DNA of 64,000 bases from Desulfuromonas sp. (GCA_002869615.1 PKUH01000001.1:71937-135936); one strand, 5' to 3'. Counted from the stretch's first letter, positions 53,199-64,000 are shown. Numbers and translations: made by a program. Notes: generated by a model from the letters alone, not told the origin.

Positions 53199-53886
53199 CC
53201 TGCCAACCCTTGATGATCGCAACACCGGCGCTGGTGCCGATACGTGTCGCGCCGGCTTCGATCATTGACCGGCAGGTCGACCAGTCGCGAATACCTCCGG
53301 CGGCCTTGACGCCGGCCCTGCCGGCAACGGTATCGGCCAGTTGCCTGACATCTGCAATCGTCGCCCCACCGCTAGAAAAACCGGTCGAGGTTTTGACATA
53401 GGCGGCACCATTTTCAACGGCAATCCGGGCAAGGGTTGCCTTCATGTCCTCGGCAAAAAGGCAACATTCGAGAATCACCTTGACGACGGCATCTTCGGCA
53501 GCAGCAACAACAGCAGCAATATCCCGTCCAACCTGATCAAGATCGCCGGCGACAGCGGCTCCGAGATTGATCACCATATCGATTTCGCTTGCTCCCGACG
53601 CCACTGCCCTTTGTGTCTGAAACGCCTTGACCGCCGACATTTCGTAACCGAGCGGGAAGCCGACGACCGTGGCAATCCCGACTTCAGATCCATAGAGTTT
53701 TTCGGCAGCAGCCCGAACAAACGTCGGCGGGATGCAGATCGCGGCAAAACCGTATTCAACTGCCTCTTCACAGAGCTGCGAAATCTGGTCGGGAGTCGCC
53801 ACCGGAGTGAGCAGGGTGTGATCGATGAAGGATGCCGGATGGATATCTTCAGGTCCGGTAGTCGGCATTGATTTTGACATAATCAT
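53176..53886 (-). CDS. deoC: deoxyribose-phosphate aldolase
   Basis: IDHTLLTPVATPDQI..., the VKVILE region and the YVKTSTGF Schiff-base lysine region are present. The exact start is uncertain (Met codons at 53886, 53880 and 53868). Confidence 0.9.
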   Translation of the reverse strand: MIMSKSMPTTGPEDIHPASFIDHTLLTPVATPDQISQLCEEAVEYGFAAICIPPTFVRAAAEKLYGSEVGIATVVGFPLGYEMSAVKAFQTQRAVASGASEIDMVINLGAAVAGDLDQVGRDIAAVVAAAEDAVVKVILECCLFAEDMKATLARIAVENGAAYVKTSTGFSSGGATIADVRQLADTVAGRAGVKAAGGIRDWSTCRSMIEAGATRIGTSAGVAIIKGWQDARSHGS

Positions 53887-55048
53887 AGGTCAAGTCAGAG
53901 GTGTAGTAAAATGCTGAACCGTTCCCGAGGCCAAGATCAACCGTAACCGTAAATTCCGGAAGCTTCATCACCGCGGTCGCCGCAGCCTCCTGTTCGGCCG
54001 AGCCGGCAAGCCCATTTTCCGCCACCATGACTCCATCAAAGCTGATGCTGACCTTGTCCGGATCGACTTCTGCTCCGGAATATCCGACGGCCGCGATAAT
54101 CCGCCCCCAGTTTGCATCTTCACCGAAAAAGGCTGTTTTCACCAGGTTCGAGGTGGCAATTGCCGTTGCTGCCTGCAGGCCGTCGTTATCATCGGCGGCG
54201 CCGGTGACTTCGATCTTAACCAGCTTGGTTGCTCCTTCACCGTCACTGACTATCATCTTGGCCAGATCGAGAAGTACCTCCTGCAACAGGCGGACAAAAA
54301 TCTCAAAGTCATCGCCTTCACTGTCAATAACTGCGCCGGTTGCACCGTTAGCGAGCAACAGAACCATATCGTTGGTCGAGGTGTCGCGATCGACGGTAAT
54401 CCGATTGAATGTTTGATCAACCGCCTGCCGCAGCGCCTTGTCAAGAAGTGCCGAGGAGATCCCGACATCGGTCATGACAAAGCCGAGCATGGTCGCCATA
54501 TTCGGGTGAATCATCCCGGCCCCTTTGGCCAGACCGAGGATCGCATAGCCGGTGTCAGCGACCGCTCCGAAAGCGGCCGAGACCTTGCTAAAAGAATCTG
54601 TCGTCATCATCGCTTCGGCGACATCGCCGGCGGCATCGGGCGAAAGGTTATCCCTCAGCTCCGGCAATGCCGTCACGATTTTACCAACATCAAGCCGCTG
54701 ACCGATTACCCCGGTTGAGGCGATGGCGATCAGATCATTATCAAGATCGAGGACTTCGGCAAGCGCTGAGCTGCAGGCGTTGGCGTCAGCAAGTCCCGCC
54801 TGTCCGGTGCAGGCATTGGCATTTTTGCTGTTGACCAGAATCGCCTGGCACTGTCCGGCGCGGACCCGGGGGGCCGAGACCTGGAGCGGTGCCGCCACAA
54901 CCCGGTTGGCGGTAAATACGCCGGCACATTGGGCCGGCCTTTCCGAAACAATCAGACCGAGATCAAGCGCCTGGTTCTTTTTCAATCCGGACGCCATAGC
55001 GGCGAACCGGAACCCCTTTACAGTTGGATCGTCAGTGCGACTCATCAT
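53849..55048 (-). CDS. argJ: bifunctional glutamate N-acetyltransferase / amino-acid acetyltransferase
   Basis: KGFRFAAMASGLKK is present. The autoproteolytic site region is HPNMATMLGFVMTD. The protein is 399 aa. Confidence 0.9.
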   Translation of the reverse strand: MMSRTDDPTVKGFRFAAMASGLKKNQALDLGLIVSERPAQCAGVFTANRVVAAPLQVSAPRVRAGQCQAILVNSKNANACTGQAGLADANACSSALAEVLDLDNDLIAIASTGVIGQRLDVGKIVTALPELRDNLSPDAAGDVAEAMMTTDSFSKVSAAFGAVADTGYAILGLAKGAGMIHPNMATMLGFVMTDVGISSALLDKALRQAVDQTFNRITVDRDTSTNDMVLLLANGATGAVIDSEGDDFEIFVRLLQEVLLDLAKMIVSDGEGATKLVKIEVTGAADDNDGLQAATAIATSNLVKTAFFGEDANWGRIIAAVGYSGAEVDPDKVSISFDGVMVAENGLAGSAEQEAAATAVMKLPEFTVTVDLGLGNGSAFYYTSDLTYDYVKINADYRT

Positions 55049-56705
55049 CCTTGTCCTTTATCGGCAACAGCATCGCGAACGTGGTGCCGGCGCCAGCAGT
55101 ATCTTCAAGAAAAATAGTGCCACCCATCTTCTCAACAATCGTCCGGCAGAGGGCCAGTCCGATGCCGACCCCCTCCGGCTTGTCCGTGTTGATCTCGCCG
55201 AGCTGGCTGTATTGGGCGAAAACCTCTTCGGCAGCTTCGATCGGAACGTGAGTTCCGTCGTTGTGAATCCTGATATATATCTGGTCGGGATGCTCACTGC
55301 CTCCTGCTGCGGCTAAAAGAGACAGTGACCCGCCCCGTTCATTGAATTTGACAGCATTATCAATCAAGGCACCAATCAGCAGACCGAATTTTTCCCGATC
55401 GCCAAAGACGGCCGGAAGATCATCTGCCAGGTCGAGCTGAAGATCGAGCTCCAGCGCCTCAATCCGCTCGCGATAGGGCGCAATCTCCTGAAGACAGATC
55501 TCGCCCACCGCCAACGGATGCGAATCCCATTGCGCGGTTCCCGAGTCGATCGAGAAAAGCAGCAACATGCCGCTGATCAATCGTTCCATCTGAATACTTG
55601 AGTCGGTAATCTTGCCGAGATAATCATCAAGCTCCGCCTCACTGATCTCGGCACGGTGCAACTGCAGCAAGTCGGAAAAACCAAGCACCGAGGTTAACGG
55701 CGTTTTCAACTCGTGCGACAGGTTGCAGACCAGTTTTGACCGGGCCTTATTCAGGGCCTCGAGCTCACGCGCCTTGTTACGCAACTGGTTAATCAGGTTG
55801 AAGTTTTCGATCGCCATTGTCGCCTGGTGAGCAATTGAAGCGAACAGGTTCTGATCGTGCGCCGAAAACGAGGTGCCATCGGTTTTGTTGTTAACGTTGA
55901 GGACACCGATAGTCTGATCGCGCCCCCTGAGCGGCAGTGACAACGCCGAAGCGGTTGAATACTGTCCTTCGTCACCGGAAGGTGAAAACCGTCCATCCTC
56001 GACAATATCGTTGATCAATACCGGCTCACCAGTCGCGAAAACGTGCCCCGAGACTCCCTCGCCAGGAGTGATGACGGCGCTGTCCTGAACCCCCTTCGGC
56101 AGTCCGTGCGCCGCCCGGATCCGGAGGTTTCCGTCCCGGTCCGGAAGCATCAGCGAAGCGACTTTGACATCAACGGAATCGACAATCAGGTTGATAATCC
56201 GATCAAGCAGGGACTGCAGATCGACTTCACCGCTGGCTGTCTTGCCGACTTCACGCAACAGGACCAGATCGGTCAGAAGTCGATCAGCTTCTTCACGATT
56301 TTTTTTCGCCTCGAGATTTGACCGGTACTGAGAAAAAGCCCGTTCGACAACGGTCAGAAGTTCGGCATTGGAAAAAGGTTTGACCAGATACTCAAGAGCA
56401 CCGCCACTGAGGACAGCACGAACGGCACTAAAATCCTGATGCCCGGAAATCACCACAACCGGAACTTCCGGGCACAGTTCCTTGACCATTTTCAGCACCT
56501 CAAGGCCGGAGACATCGGACATCTCGAGGTCGGTCAGTACCAGGCCGATCCGATGCTGGTTGATCAGTCGTGAAACCTCGGAGCCATTATCTGTTTCGAC
56601 CACTGAATAACCATCAGCAGACAGGCTATCAATAATAACCTGGCGGAAGAAGGCCTCGTCATCAACGATCAGGACTCTTGGGGATTTTTCGGTTTCAGCT
56701 GTCAT
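55032..56705 (-). CDS. hybrid sensor histidine kinase: N-terminal receiver, GAF, HisKA and HATPase_c
   Basis: The REC motifs are VLIVDDE, LVLTDLEM and LVKPF. The GAF region reads ...VSGHVFATGEPVLINDI... The H-box is LSHELKTPLTSV. The G-box is GVGIGLALCRTIVEKMGG. Confidence 0.85.
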   Translation of the reverse strand: MTAETEKSPRVLIVDDEAFFRQVIIDSLSADGYSVVETDNGSEVSRLINQHRIGLVLTDLEMSDVSGLEVLKMVKELCPEVPVVVISGHQDFSAVRAVLSGGALEYLVKPFSNAELLTVVERAFSQYRSNLEAKKNREEADRLLTDLVLLREVGKTASGEVDLQSLLDRIINLIVDSVDVKVASLMLPDRDGNLRIRAAHGLPKGVQDSAVITPGEGVSGHVFATGEPVLINDIVEDGRFSPSGDEGQYSTASALSLPLRGRDQTIGVLNVNNKTDGTSFSAHDQNLFASIAHQATMAIENFNLINQLRNKARELEALNKARSKLVCNLSHELKTPLTSVLGFSDLLQLHRAEISEAELDDYLGKITDSSIQMERLISGMLLLFSIDSGTAQWDSHPLAVGEICLQEIAPYRERIEALELDLQLDLADDLPAVFGDREKFGLLIGALIDNAVKFNERGGSLSLLAAAGGSEHPDQIYIRIHNDGTHVPIEAAEEVFAQYSQLGEINTDKPEGVGIGLALCRTIVEKMGGTIFLEDTAGAGTTFAMLLPIKDKDDESH

Positions 56706-56807
56706 GCTGGTCCGATTTCCATCTGCTGTAAATCATGCCTGGCAACATGACTGTTTCGATCAAGGCATGTTATGCAATGCGTTCGCAACCCCGCTCAACA
56801 AACCGGG

Positions 56808-59495
56808 TCAGGCGCCGCAGCATTTCTTGTATTTTTTACCGCTGCCGCACGGGCACGGATCGTTCCGACCGACTTTTTCCTCATCACGAGCCACCGGCTT
56901 GCCGGGACTTCCTGATCCACTATGCCGATTCAAAAAATTTTTCTTCTTGCGCTGTTCATCTTCCATCCGGGCGATATCTTCGTCCTGGGCTAACTGCACC
57001 CGGAACAACTTCATGATGATTTCCTGACGGATCCGCCCCATCATTTCCATGAAGAGGTTGTAGGCCTCACGTTTGTATTCCTCTTTCGGGTTGCGCTGGC
57101 CGTAGCTGCGCAGACCGATCCCCTCTTTCAGGTAATCGATATTAAGCAGGTGCCCTTTCCATTGGGTATCGATAGTCTGTAAGAGCAGAACCTTGAGCAG
57201 GTGGTCCATGACCTCGGGCGTAAACTCTTCTTCTTTTTCACGGAACTTGGTCATGACCTGCTGAAACAGGCTCTCTTCAAGTTCCTCGGCTTTGAGATTC
57301 GGGTCATCGGCACTCGGAAGATCCGGCGGAAAGTTGAACTGGTTAAGAAAATCTTCGTAAAGTCCCCCCCAGTTCCATTGCGCCGGCTTGTCAACACAGA
57401 AGGTTGCAACCATATCACCGACCGTCTCGTCGTTGATCCCTTCGACCATCTCTTTCAGATTTTCACCACCGAGCACCTCACGACGCTGAGAGTAAATAAC
57501 CTCGCGCTGGCGGTTCATGACATCGTCATATTCGATGAGGTGCTTACGAATCTCGAAGTTGTGACCTTCGACCTTGCGCTGTGCCCCTTCGATCGCCCGG
57601 CTGATAATCGGATGTTCAATCGGCTCACCTTCCGGAATTTTGAGTTTTTCCATAACGAAGGCAACTCTCTCGGAACCGAAGATCCGGAGCAGGTCGTCCT
57701 CGAGGGAGAGGTAAAAGCGGCTCTCGCCCGGGTCGCCCTGACGCCCGGAGCGCCCGCGCAGCTGGTTGTCAATACGACGCGACTCATGCCGTTCAGTACC
57801 GAGAATATAAAGACCGCCTGCAGCCAGGACTTCCTCCTTTTCGGCGGCACATTCAGCCGAAAATCTATCAAGGCTTTCAGTGAAGGCCTGTTCCGGATCA
57901 GCGGCAGTCGCCGCCGCTTTCCTTGCCAGCATCTCGGCATTGCCGCCAAGAACAATATCAGTTCCGCGGCCGGCCATGTTGGTCGCAATGGTGACTGCAC
58001 CCTTACGGCCGGCCTGGGCAACGATTTCGGCTTCCTTGTCGTGCTGCTTGGCGTTGAGAACGTTGTGCTTGACACCCTTCTTTTTCAAAAATTCGGAAAG
58101 CTTTTCAGAGTTCTCGATCGAGATCGTACCGACCAGCACCGGCTGTCCCATTTCATTACAGTGGATAATATCCTCGACGACAGCTTCAAACTTCTCATTC
58201 TCGGTTTTGTAGATCATATCCGACTGATCCTTGCGGACCATCTGCTTGTTGGTCGGAATAACAACGACGTCAAGACCATAAATTTCCTTGAACTCAGTCG
58301 CTTCGGTTTCAGCGGTACCGGTCATCCCGGCCAGCTTTTCATACATCCGGAAATAATTCTGGAAAGTAATCGTCGCCAGGGTCTGGTTCTCGCTTTCAAT
58401 CCGCACCCCTTCCTTCGCCTCAACCGCCTGGTGAAGACCATCGCTCCAGCGCCGGCCCGGCATCAGGCGACCGGTAAACTCATCAACGATCTGAACCTCG
58501 TTGTCCTTGACAACATAATCGACATCCCGCTTGAACAGGGTATGAGCCTTCAGCGCCTGATTGACATGATGCAGAACCTCGATATGCATCGGATCGTAAA
58601 GGTTGTCAATACCGAGTATCTTTTCAACCTTGGCGACCCCCTCTTCGGTCATTGATGCATTCTTCGCCTTCTCATCGACCGTATAGTCGCCGGTATACTC
58701 CCGCAAGGTCTGCCCGATGCGGCCACCATCACGATGTTCGATTACTTCCCCCAGCTTGAGCTGGGGAATGATCCGATTGACCGCACCATAGAGATCGACC
58801 CGGGACTCGCTCGGACCGGAGATGATCAGCGGTGTCCGCGCCTCGTCGACAAGAATCGAGTCGACTTCGTCAACGATAGCGAAGAATGGATTCCGCTGAA
58901 CATATTCTTCGAGATCGAACTTCATGTTGTCGCGCAGATAATCGAACCCGAATTCATTATTGGTCCCGTAGGTGATGTCGCAGGCGTACGCCTCCTTGCG
59001 TTCAGCATCGGTCTGCCCGTGGATAATACAGCCAACAGTGAGATCGAGAAAATTATAGACCTCGGCCATCCATTCGGCATCTCGGCTGGCCAGATAATCA
59101 TTGACCGTTACAACATGAACACCTTCACCGGCCAGAGCGTTGAGATAGACCGGCAGAGTCGCCATCAGGGTTTTACCCTCGCCGGTCTTCATTTCCGATA
59201 TCTTGCCTTCGTGCAGAACGATGCCGCCGATCAACTGAACATCGAAATGGCGCATTCCAAGCGTCCGCTTCGACGCCTCTCGAACCACGGAAAACGCTTC
59301 CGGAAGCAGGTCATCGAGAGTTGTACCGGCGCGGTAACGCTCCTTGAATTCGGCCGTTTTGGCCTTGAGCTGATCATCGGACAAAACCTCGAATTCGGCC
59401 TCGAGATTATTGATCCGTTCAACCAGCGGCTGCATCCGCTTCAGATCACGTTCATTTTTACTGCCGATAATCTTTTGAACAATCGATCCAATCAT
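56808..59495 (-). CDS. secA: preprotein translocase ATPase SecA
   Basis: The 895-aa protein has the N-terminus [20 protein letters not shown]. It has DEAD-like motor motifs (MKTGEGKTL and [19 protein letters not shown]). The C-terminal zinc motif is [14 protein letters not shown]. Confidence 0.95.
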   Translation of the reverse strand: MIGSIVQKIIGSKNERDLKRMQPLVERINNLEAEFEVLSDDQLKAKTAEFKERYRAGTTLDDLLPEAFSVVREASKRTLGMRHFDVQLIGGIVLHEGKISEMKTGEGKTLMATLPVYLNALAGEGVHVVTVNDYLASRDAEWMAEVYNFLDLTVGCIIHGQTDAERKEAYACDITYGTNNEFGFDYLRDNMKFDLEEYVQRNPFFAIVDEVDSILVDEARTPLIISGPSESRVDLYGAVNRIIPQLKLGEVIEHRDGGRIGQTLREYTGDYTVDEKAKNASMTEEGVAKVEKILGIDNLYDPMHIEVLHHVNQALKAHTLFKRDVDYVVKDNEVQIVDEFTGRLMPGRRWSDGLHQAVEAKEGVRIESENQTLATITFQNYFRMYEKLAGMTGTAETEATEFKEIYGLDVVVIPTNKQMVRKDQSDMIYKTENEKFEAVVEDIIHCNEMGQPVLVGTISIENSEKLSEFLKKKGVKHNVLNAKQHDKEAEIVAQAGRKGAVTIATNMAGRGTDIVLGGNAEMLARKAAATAADPEQAFTESLDRFSAECAAEKEEVLAAGGLYILGTERHESRRIDNQLRGRSGRQGDPGESRFYLSLEDDLLRIFGSERVAFVMEKLKIPEGEPIEHPIISRAIEGAQRKVEGHNFEIRKHLIEYDDVMNRQREVIYSQRREVLGGENLKEMVEGINDETVGDMVATFCVDKPAQWNWGGLYEDFLNQFNFPPDLPSADDPNLKAEELEESLFQQVMTKFREKEEEFTPEVMDHLLKVLLLQTIDTQWKGHLLNIDYLKEGIGLRSYGQRNPKEEYKREAYNLFMEMMGRIRQEIIMKLFRVQLAQDEDIARMEDEQRKKKNFLNRHSGSGSPGKPVARDEEKVGRNDPCPCGSGKKYKKCCGA

Positions 59496-59615
59496 ATTGA
59501 CTCCAGAAATTCAATCCGGATAGTCTCCGGTTATTATTGTTGATAAACATAGAATTTTAGCACAGTGGATTCCATGCCTACAAGTCAAGAAAGGGTAGAT
59601 TCCGTAGTAATAAAC

Positions 59616-59642
59616 AAAAAGGGCAGACCGTATGGCCTGCCC
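59616..59642 (-). terminator. rho-independent terminator of typA
   Basis: GGGCAGACC (59621-29) pairs with GGCCTGCCC (59634-42) with one G-U pair and a 4-nt loop. The AAAAA at 59616-20 gives the U-run on the minus strand. Confidence 0.7.
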
Positions 59643-59651
59643 TGATTCATA

Positions 59652-61475
59652 TCATGCTTTCCCTGCCTTGGAGGCCTTCTTTCGTTCATGTTCGATCAAT
59701 ACCTTTTTGCGCAAGCGGATCGCATTTGGTGTCACCTCAACCAGTTCATCATCATCGATAAACTCCAGCGCCTGTTCGAGACTGAGAATCGTCGGCGGGG
59801 TCAGGCGAACCGCTTCGTCGGATCCGGAGGCCCGTACGTTGGTCAACTTTTTACCTTTGCCGGCATTGACCACGAGGTCCTTTTCCTTGGCGTTCTGACC
59901 AATGATCATCCCTTCGTAAACCCGGACGCCGGGGCCAACAAAAAGGGTGCCTCGATCCTGCAGGTTCCACAAAGCGTATGCAACCGTTTCGCAGGCATCC
60001 ATGGCAATCAGTACGCCGTTCTTACGTCCCGGGATATCACCCTTGTAAGGTGCGTACTCATGGAATACATGGTTCATTGTCCCGGTACCACGAGTATCGG
60101 TCAGAAACTCGGTCCGGAAACCGATCAGGCCACGTGCCGGGATGACGAATTCTATCCGGACGACGCCGTCCATCGGTTCAAGCTTGACCATTTCAGCCTT
60201 GCGGGTGCCGAGCTTTTCGATGACCGTCCCCTGGTATTCCTCCGGGACGTCGATTGAGAGATACTCCATCGGCTCACAGCGCACCTCATCGATCTCGCGA
60301 TAGATTACCTCCGGCTTCGAGACCGCCATCTCGTACCCCTCGCGCCGCATGTTTTCGATGAGAATTGACAGATGAAGTTCCCCCCGGCCCGAAACCTTGA
60401 AGCTGTCGGTATTGTCGGTATCTTCTACCCGCAGGGATACATTGGTCCGGAGTTCCCGCATCAGGCGATCACGCAATTGCCGACTGGTCACGAATTTGCC
60501 GTCGTTTCCGGCAAATGGCGAAGAGTTGACGATGAAGTTCATCGAAAGGGTCGGCTCATCGATCGAGACATAAGGGATTGGTACCGGGTTGGCGGCATCG
60601 GCCAACGTTTCTCCGATGCCGACATTTTCGAAACCGGCAATGGTTACAATATCACCGGCCGCTGCATCGGGGATCTCGACCTGGGTCAACCCCTGATAAC
60701 CGAGAAGTTTGGTAATTTTGCCGGTAGTCGACTTGCCATCATGATCGATCAGGGCAACCGACTCCCCGGCAAAAACCTTCCCGGCAAAAATCTTCCCGGT
60801 AGCCGTCCGACCGATATAGTCATCATAATCGATACTTGAAACCAGCATCTGGAACGGCGCCCCTTTGTCCCCTTCCGGAGGCGGCACATGCTCACGGATG
60901 GCTTCAAACAGCGGATCGAGGTTTTCACTCTCATCTTCCGGCTCATTCTTGGCAATGCCGAGCTTGGCACTGGTATAGATGATCGGGAACTCGAGTTGAT
61001 CGTCCCTGGCGTCGAGTTCACAAAACAGGTCGAACACCATATTAACGACCTCTTCCGGGCGCGCACCGGGACGGTCGATCTTGTTGATGACAACAACCGG
61101 CTTATGACCAAGACCAAGTGCCTTTTTCAACACAAACCGGGTCTGCGGCATCGGCCCGTCAAAAGCATCAACCAGCAACAGAACCGAATCGACCATCATC
61201 AGGACCCGCTCGACTTCGCCACCGAAATCGGCATGCCCCGGCGTGTCAACGATATTGATATGCATATCATCGCGCTGTACCGACAGGTTTTTCGACAGGA
61301 TCGTGATGCCTCGCTCCCGTTCCAGATCATTGCGATCCATGACCCGGTCAACCACCTTCTGGTTGGTCCTAAAGATTCCTGACTGCTTGAGCATGGCATC
61401 GACCAGGGTTGTTTTCCCGTGATCGACATGGGCAATAATGGCAATATTTCTGAGTTCATTCATGGTTTGATTCAA
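59652..61475 (-). CDS. typA: translational GTPase TypA/BipA
   Basis: [31 protein letters not shown] and NKIDR are present. The 607-aa protein has an EF-G-like domain order. Confidence 0.95.
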   Translation of the reverse strand: MNQTMNELRNIAIIAHVDHGKTTLVDAMLKQSGIFRTNQKVVDRVMDRNDLERERGITILSKNLSVQRDDMHINIVDTPGHADFGGEVERVLMMVDSVLLLVDAFDGPMPQTRFVLKKALGLGHKPVVVINKIDRPGARPEEVVNMVFDLFCELDARDDQLEFPIIYTSAKLGIAKNEPEDESENLDPLFEAIREHVPPPEGDKGAPFQMLVSSIDYDDYIGRTATGKIFAGKVFAGESVALIDHDGKSTTGKITKLLGYQGLTQVEIPDAAAGDIVTIAGFENVGIGETLADAANPVPIPYVSIDEPTLSMNFIVNSSPFAGNDGKFVTSRQLRDRLMRELRTNVSLRVEDTDNTDSFKVSGRGELHLSILIENMRREGYEMAVSKPEVIYREIDEVRCEPMEYLSIDVPEEYQGTVIEKLGTRKAEMVKLEPMDGVVRIEFVIPARGLIGFRTEFLTDTRGTGTMNHVFHEYAPYKGDIPGRKNGVLIAMDACETVAYALWNLQDRGTLFVGPGVRVYEGMIIGQNAKEKDLVVNAGKGKKLTNVRASGSDEAVRLTPPTILSLEQALEFIDDDELVEVTPNAIRLRKKVLIEHERKKASKAGKA

Positions 61476-61582
61476 TCTCTCAATTCAGTTCTTTTGCGAC
61501 AAAACGAGACACCTTACTGGTTTGACCGAAGGAAGTCAAATAGAGAATCAGCCGCTTGCGGACGAGACGAAAATGCCGGCAG

Positions 61583-61611
61583 AAAAAAGGCCCCGGCAGA
61601 TTGCCGGGGCC
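61583..61611 (-). terminator. rho-independent terminator of the M23 peptidase gene
   Basis: GGCCCCGGCA (61589-98), loop GAT, then TGCCGGGGCC (61602-11) form a perfect 10-bp stem. The AAAAAA at 61583-88 gives the U-run on the minus strand. Confidence 0.8.
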
Positions 61612-61636
61612 TGATGAAACATATTGAGTTATCAAG

Positions 61637-62533
61637 CTAGAGGAATTTCTTCGGGTTAACCGGAACACCGTTGCGCCTGATTTCATAATGGACGTGCGAA
61701 CCGGTTGAACGGCCGGTATTACCGACCTTGGAAATCTGCTGACCGCGGACAACCCGCTGACCGGCCCGAACAAGGTTCTTGGAATTATGCCCGTAATAGG
61801 TCCGGTAGCCATAACCATGCTCAATAATAACCAGCTTGCCGTATCCGGGTACGGTCTCCGATTTACTGACCACACCATCGGCCGTCGCATAAACCGGCGT
61901 ACCGGTACGGGCCGCGATATCGTAGCCTTCATGCATCTTCCGCTTACCGGTAAACGGCGACTTGCGCATACCAAAACTCGAGGTCAACCAGCCTTTGACC
62001 GGCCAGCCGGAAGGTTCGGCACCGACCATTGAACGCTGGTCGTTGAGAAATCCCTGAATCTCTTCCTGGCTTTCACGGCGCAAGTCTATGTCACGACGCA
62101 TCTGGTCTATGCGGGTCTGCAGTTGCGAAAAAGAATCGTTTTCGTCAATTTCAGGTGGCCCGCCGATACCGACCATGGTGTTGGACTTCGGCTTCGAAAG
62201 ATCGGCCATGATCCGCACCTTGGCGTCGGTCTGGGCGAGTAAGCGCATTTCCGTCTGGAGATCCTCAAGACCAGCCACCAGGCGCTGCAACTCATTGCGC
62301 TGCTGGCGATTCTCAGCCTGTAGACGGGTCAGTTCAGCCTGATCAAGCTCCGAAAGAACATAGTCAACGGTCATCGTCGTCAGACCGATCAACACGACCG
62401 CCGCAAATGCAACCCAGCCTTTGAGAACTGATCGTTTGATATTGAAACGACGTACCTGATGCGAACCTTCAGGAATGATCAGGAATGTAAACTTCTTGGC
62501 AGACACTGCGTCCTCCGGTATACGACTCGACAT
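61637..62533 (-). CDS. M23-family peptidoglycan DD-metalloendopeptidase with N-terminal TM anchor and coiled coil
   Basis: HEGYDIAARTGTPVYATADG and GNTGRSTGSHVHYEI are the HxxxD and HxH zinc motifs. The N-terminal half is coiled-coil, as in EnvC/MepM-like proteins. Confidence 0.85.
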   Translation of the reverse strand: MSSRIPEDAVSAKKFTFLIIPEGSHQVRRFNIKRSVLKGWVAFAAVVLIGLTTMTVDYVLSELDQAELTRLQAENRQQRNELQRLVAGLEDLQTEMRLLAQTDAKVRIMADLSKPKSNTMVGIGGPPEIDENDSFSQLQTRIDQMRRDIDLRRESQEEIQGFLNDQRSMVGAEPSGWPVKGWLTSSFGMRKSPFTGKRKMHEGYDIAARTGTPVYATADGVVSKSETVPGYGKLVIIEHGYGYRTYYGHNSKNLVRAGQRVVRGQQISKVGNTGRSTGSHVHYEIRRNGVPVNPKKFL

Positions 62534-62635
62534 TCGGCCTTGGCCGACAATCCATCTAAAGTATAGGTAATACTGTAAAAGTTCTATTTATGTCAAGACC
62601 AAAATTTATTACGGTCCTGACCTGCAACCAGTCTG

Positions 62636-63097
62636 TCAGCTGCCTGATGCCAGTTCGAGCTGCATGGCAATTTCGTCACATTCGGGAAATTTTGCGCACT
62701 TGATGCAATCACCCCAGATCTTGTGCGGCAGCTCCGATTTTTCGATTTCATTAAATCCGATCTTGCCGAAAAAGCCGGGTTGATAGGTCAGGCAAAACAC
62801 CCTTTTCATCCCGATTTCACGGGCCTCATTGATCGCCGCATCAACCAGCAGGCGTCCGATGCCTTTACCGCCAGCTTCAGCAGCAACGGCGAGCGACCGG
62901 ATCTCGGCCAGGTCTTCCCAGCAGACATGCAGCCAGACCGTGCCGACAACTGCTCCGGCATCTTCAAACACATAAATATCCCGGATCGTCTCGTAGATTT
63001 CGGGCAACGAACGGGAAAGCATCAGTCCGTCCCCCGCATACCCGATCAGGAGTCGATGGATCGCTTTGGCATCGCCAATCCGCGCTTTACGAATCAT
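62636..63097 (-). CDS. GNAT-family N-acetyltransferase (short ArgA-like amino-acid N-acetyltransferase type)
   Basis: The acetyl-CoA motif is RSLAVAAEAGGKGIGRLLV. The protein is 153 aa with a C-terminal Cys-rich tail (CIKCAKFPEC). Confidence 0.7.
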   Translation of the reverse strand: MIRKARIGDAKAIHRLLIGYAGDGLMLSRSLPEIYETIRDIYVFEDAGAVVGTVWLHVCWEDLAEIRSLAVAAEAGGKGIGRLLVDAAINEAREIGMKRVFCLTYQPGFFGKIGFNEIEKSELPHKIWGDCIKCAKFPECDEIAMQLELASGS

Positions 63098-63113
63098 CTC
63101 GTCACCTCCATCG

Positions 63114-64000
63114 CTACCCGACCTGACCGACTGAGCGACCGATCAACTCCCGGGCGTGCTCGAGGGTTCGATCCGTAACCTGGGCACCGCCAAGCATGCG
63201 CGCCATCTCGTCGACCCGCGCTTCGCCATCCAGTGCCACCAGATCGGTTCTTGTCCGATCATCATCCTGATGTTTCTCGACCCGAAAGTGGTGATCGGCA
63301 TAAGCAGCGACCTGGGGCAAATGGGTTACACATAGAACTTGCAAGCCTTGCGCCACTTTTTTCAGTTTTTCCCCGACCTTGGTCGCGGCGATACCACCGA
63401 TACCGGCGTCAACCTCATCGAAAATAGCTGTCGTCATTGCTTCATCAGCCGGAACCGAGCGCCGGACTGCCAACATAATTCGCGACAATTCGCCGCCAGA
63501 AGCTATTCTATTCAAGGGTTTAGGATCCTCCCCCGGATTCGCCGCGAGAAAGAAGGAACAACGCTCCATGCCCCGCGCTGAAGGCTCCTCAAGGGGCTCA
63601 AGCCGGACCTCGAAACGGGCCTTCTCGAGAGCGAGATCCTGTAGCTCGGCCATGATCTTCTGCTGCATCATCAGGGCACCGGATTGCCGTTTTTTGCTCA
63701 AGGCTGCCGCTGTTTGACGCAATTGGGCTTCAGCATCTGCCATTTTTTTCAGCAAGGCGTCGCGGGAAGCCTCAACATCGGAGAGTTCTTCAAGCTCACT
63801 GACGATCGCCTTATGATATTCAATCAGCTCTTCAACCGTCGGCGCGTACTTGCGTTTGAGCGACGTCAGCAGGGCCGAGCGTTCTTCGACTTCAGCCTGA
63901 CGCTGCGGGTCGAAAACAATTTGTCCGGCATAATCGCGCAGCCGCGAGGCAACATCTTCCAGCCCGAACTGGGCCTGACGCAGTGCCTCAGCCAACTCGA
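63114..64000 (-). CDS. recN: DNA repair protein RecN, C-terminal part; gene continues past the window end
   Basis: A coiled-coil region is followed by the SMC-type signature ASGGELSRIMLA and Walker B TAIFDEVDAGIGG. The frame stays open to position 64000. Confidence 0.9.
   Translation of the reverse strand, partial: ELAEALRQAQFGLEDVASRLRDYAGQIVFDPQRQAEVEERSALLTSLKRKYAPTVEELIEYHKAIVSELEELSDVEASRDALLKKMADAEAQLRQTAAALSKKRQSGALMMQQKIMAELQDLALEKARFEVRLEPLEEPSARGMERCSFFLAANPGEDPKPLNRIASGGELSRIMLAVRRSVPADEAMTTAIFDEVDAGIGGIAATKVGEKLKKVAQGLQVLCVTHLPQVAAYADHHFRVEKHQDDDRTRTDLVALDGEARVDEMARMLGGAQVTDRTLEHARELIGRSVGQVG

Noticed and set aside
57201-58655. A 484-aa ORF antisense to secA. Similar long antisense ORFs occur at 13055-13756, 15778-16887, 19245-20123, 24575-25366, 32778-33512, 33509-34243, 40454-41293, 41423-42208 and 58734-59543.
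   Set aside because: Each lies entirely opposite a gene with unmistakable family motifs (secA, the ParA-like/ABC-F genes, rne, hflX, the CDF gene, the GATase gene, ptsP). The translations lack recognisable domains and have skewed composition. They are shadow ORFs.
60766-60799. A tandem 15-nt repeat (CCGGCAAAAACCTTC / CCGGCAAAAATCTTC) inside typA, encoding [11 protein letters not shown]; a possible in-frame duplication.
   Set aside because: Aligning by eye to E. coli BipA (YVGRIGIGRIKRGKVKPNQQVTIID), the segment [25 protein letters not shown] has the same length. It is therefore not an insertion, only a locally repetitive coding sequence.
1-64000. A search for tRNA, rRNA, CRISPR arrays, IS elements, integrases or prophage genes.
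   Set aside because: None was found. All intergenic gaps longer than 100 nt were read on both strands. They contain only promoters, terminator hairpins, the candidate sRNA and the two octamer-array repeats.

Overview
The window reads as a 64 kb stretch of core chromosome. Gene content and protein sequences suggest a Desulfuromonadales-type (Geobacter/Desulfuromonas/Pelobacter-like) deltaproteobacterium, but that assignment is inference only. I found no rRNA, tRNA, CRISPR array, transposase, integrase or prophage genes. About 50 protein genes are supported. Most are housekeeping: nadC (partial), rne, hflX, fabI, mntP, rlmKL, valS, dgt, deoBC, argJ, secA, typA and recN (partial). The rest includes a roughly 3,040-aa cyclic beta-1,2-glucan-synthase-like giant gene, a TatT-associated TRAP transporter, a DppD/DppF-like ATPase pair and many signalling proteins (REC, PAS, GAF, HK, PilZ, CheW-like). 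The observations most worth a second look are listed here. (1) A perfect sigma54 -24/-12 promoter drives a roughly 93-nt, two-hairpin, terminator-ended RNA just upstream of ptsP (EI-Ntr). (2) ptsP itself is split by an in-frame TAG at a conserved Glu codon. (3) A self-contained operon of two CheW-like genes plus a receiver protein with a Pro/Ala-rich linker has its own promoter and terminator. (4) A 7-TM protein is paired with a protein carrying two DUF4388-like repeats, behind a near-consensus promoter and a 19-bp palindrome. (5) A small-alarmone-synthetase (RelA/SpoT)-TPR fusion sits directly behind the giant glucan synthase gene. (6) A ParA-like ATPase carries a C-terminal zinc-ribbon/acidic extension. 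(7) Two intergenic loci carry inverted arrays of an 8-bp unit (TCTTSGTG / CACSAAGA). (8) A short U32/UbiV-like putative Fe-S protein stands alone. All functional calls come from reading the translated ORFs and recalling family motifs. No database search was possible.
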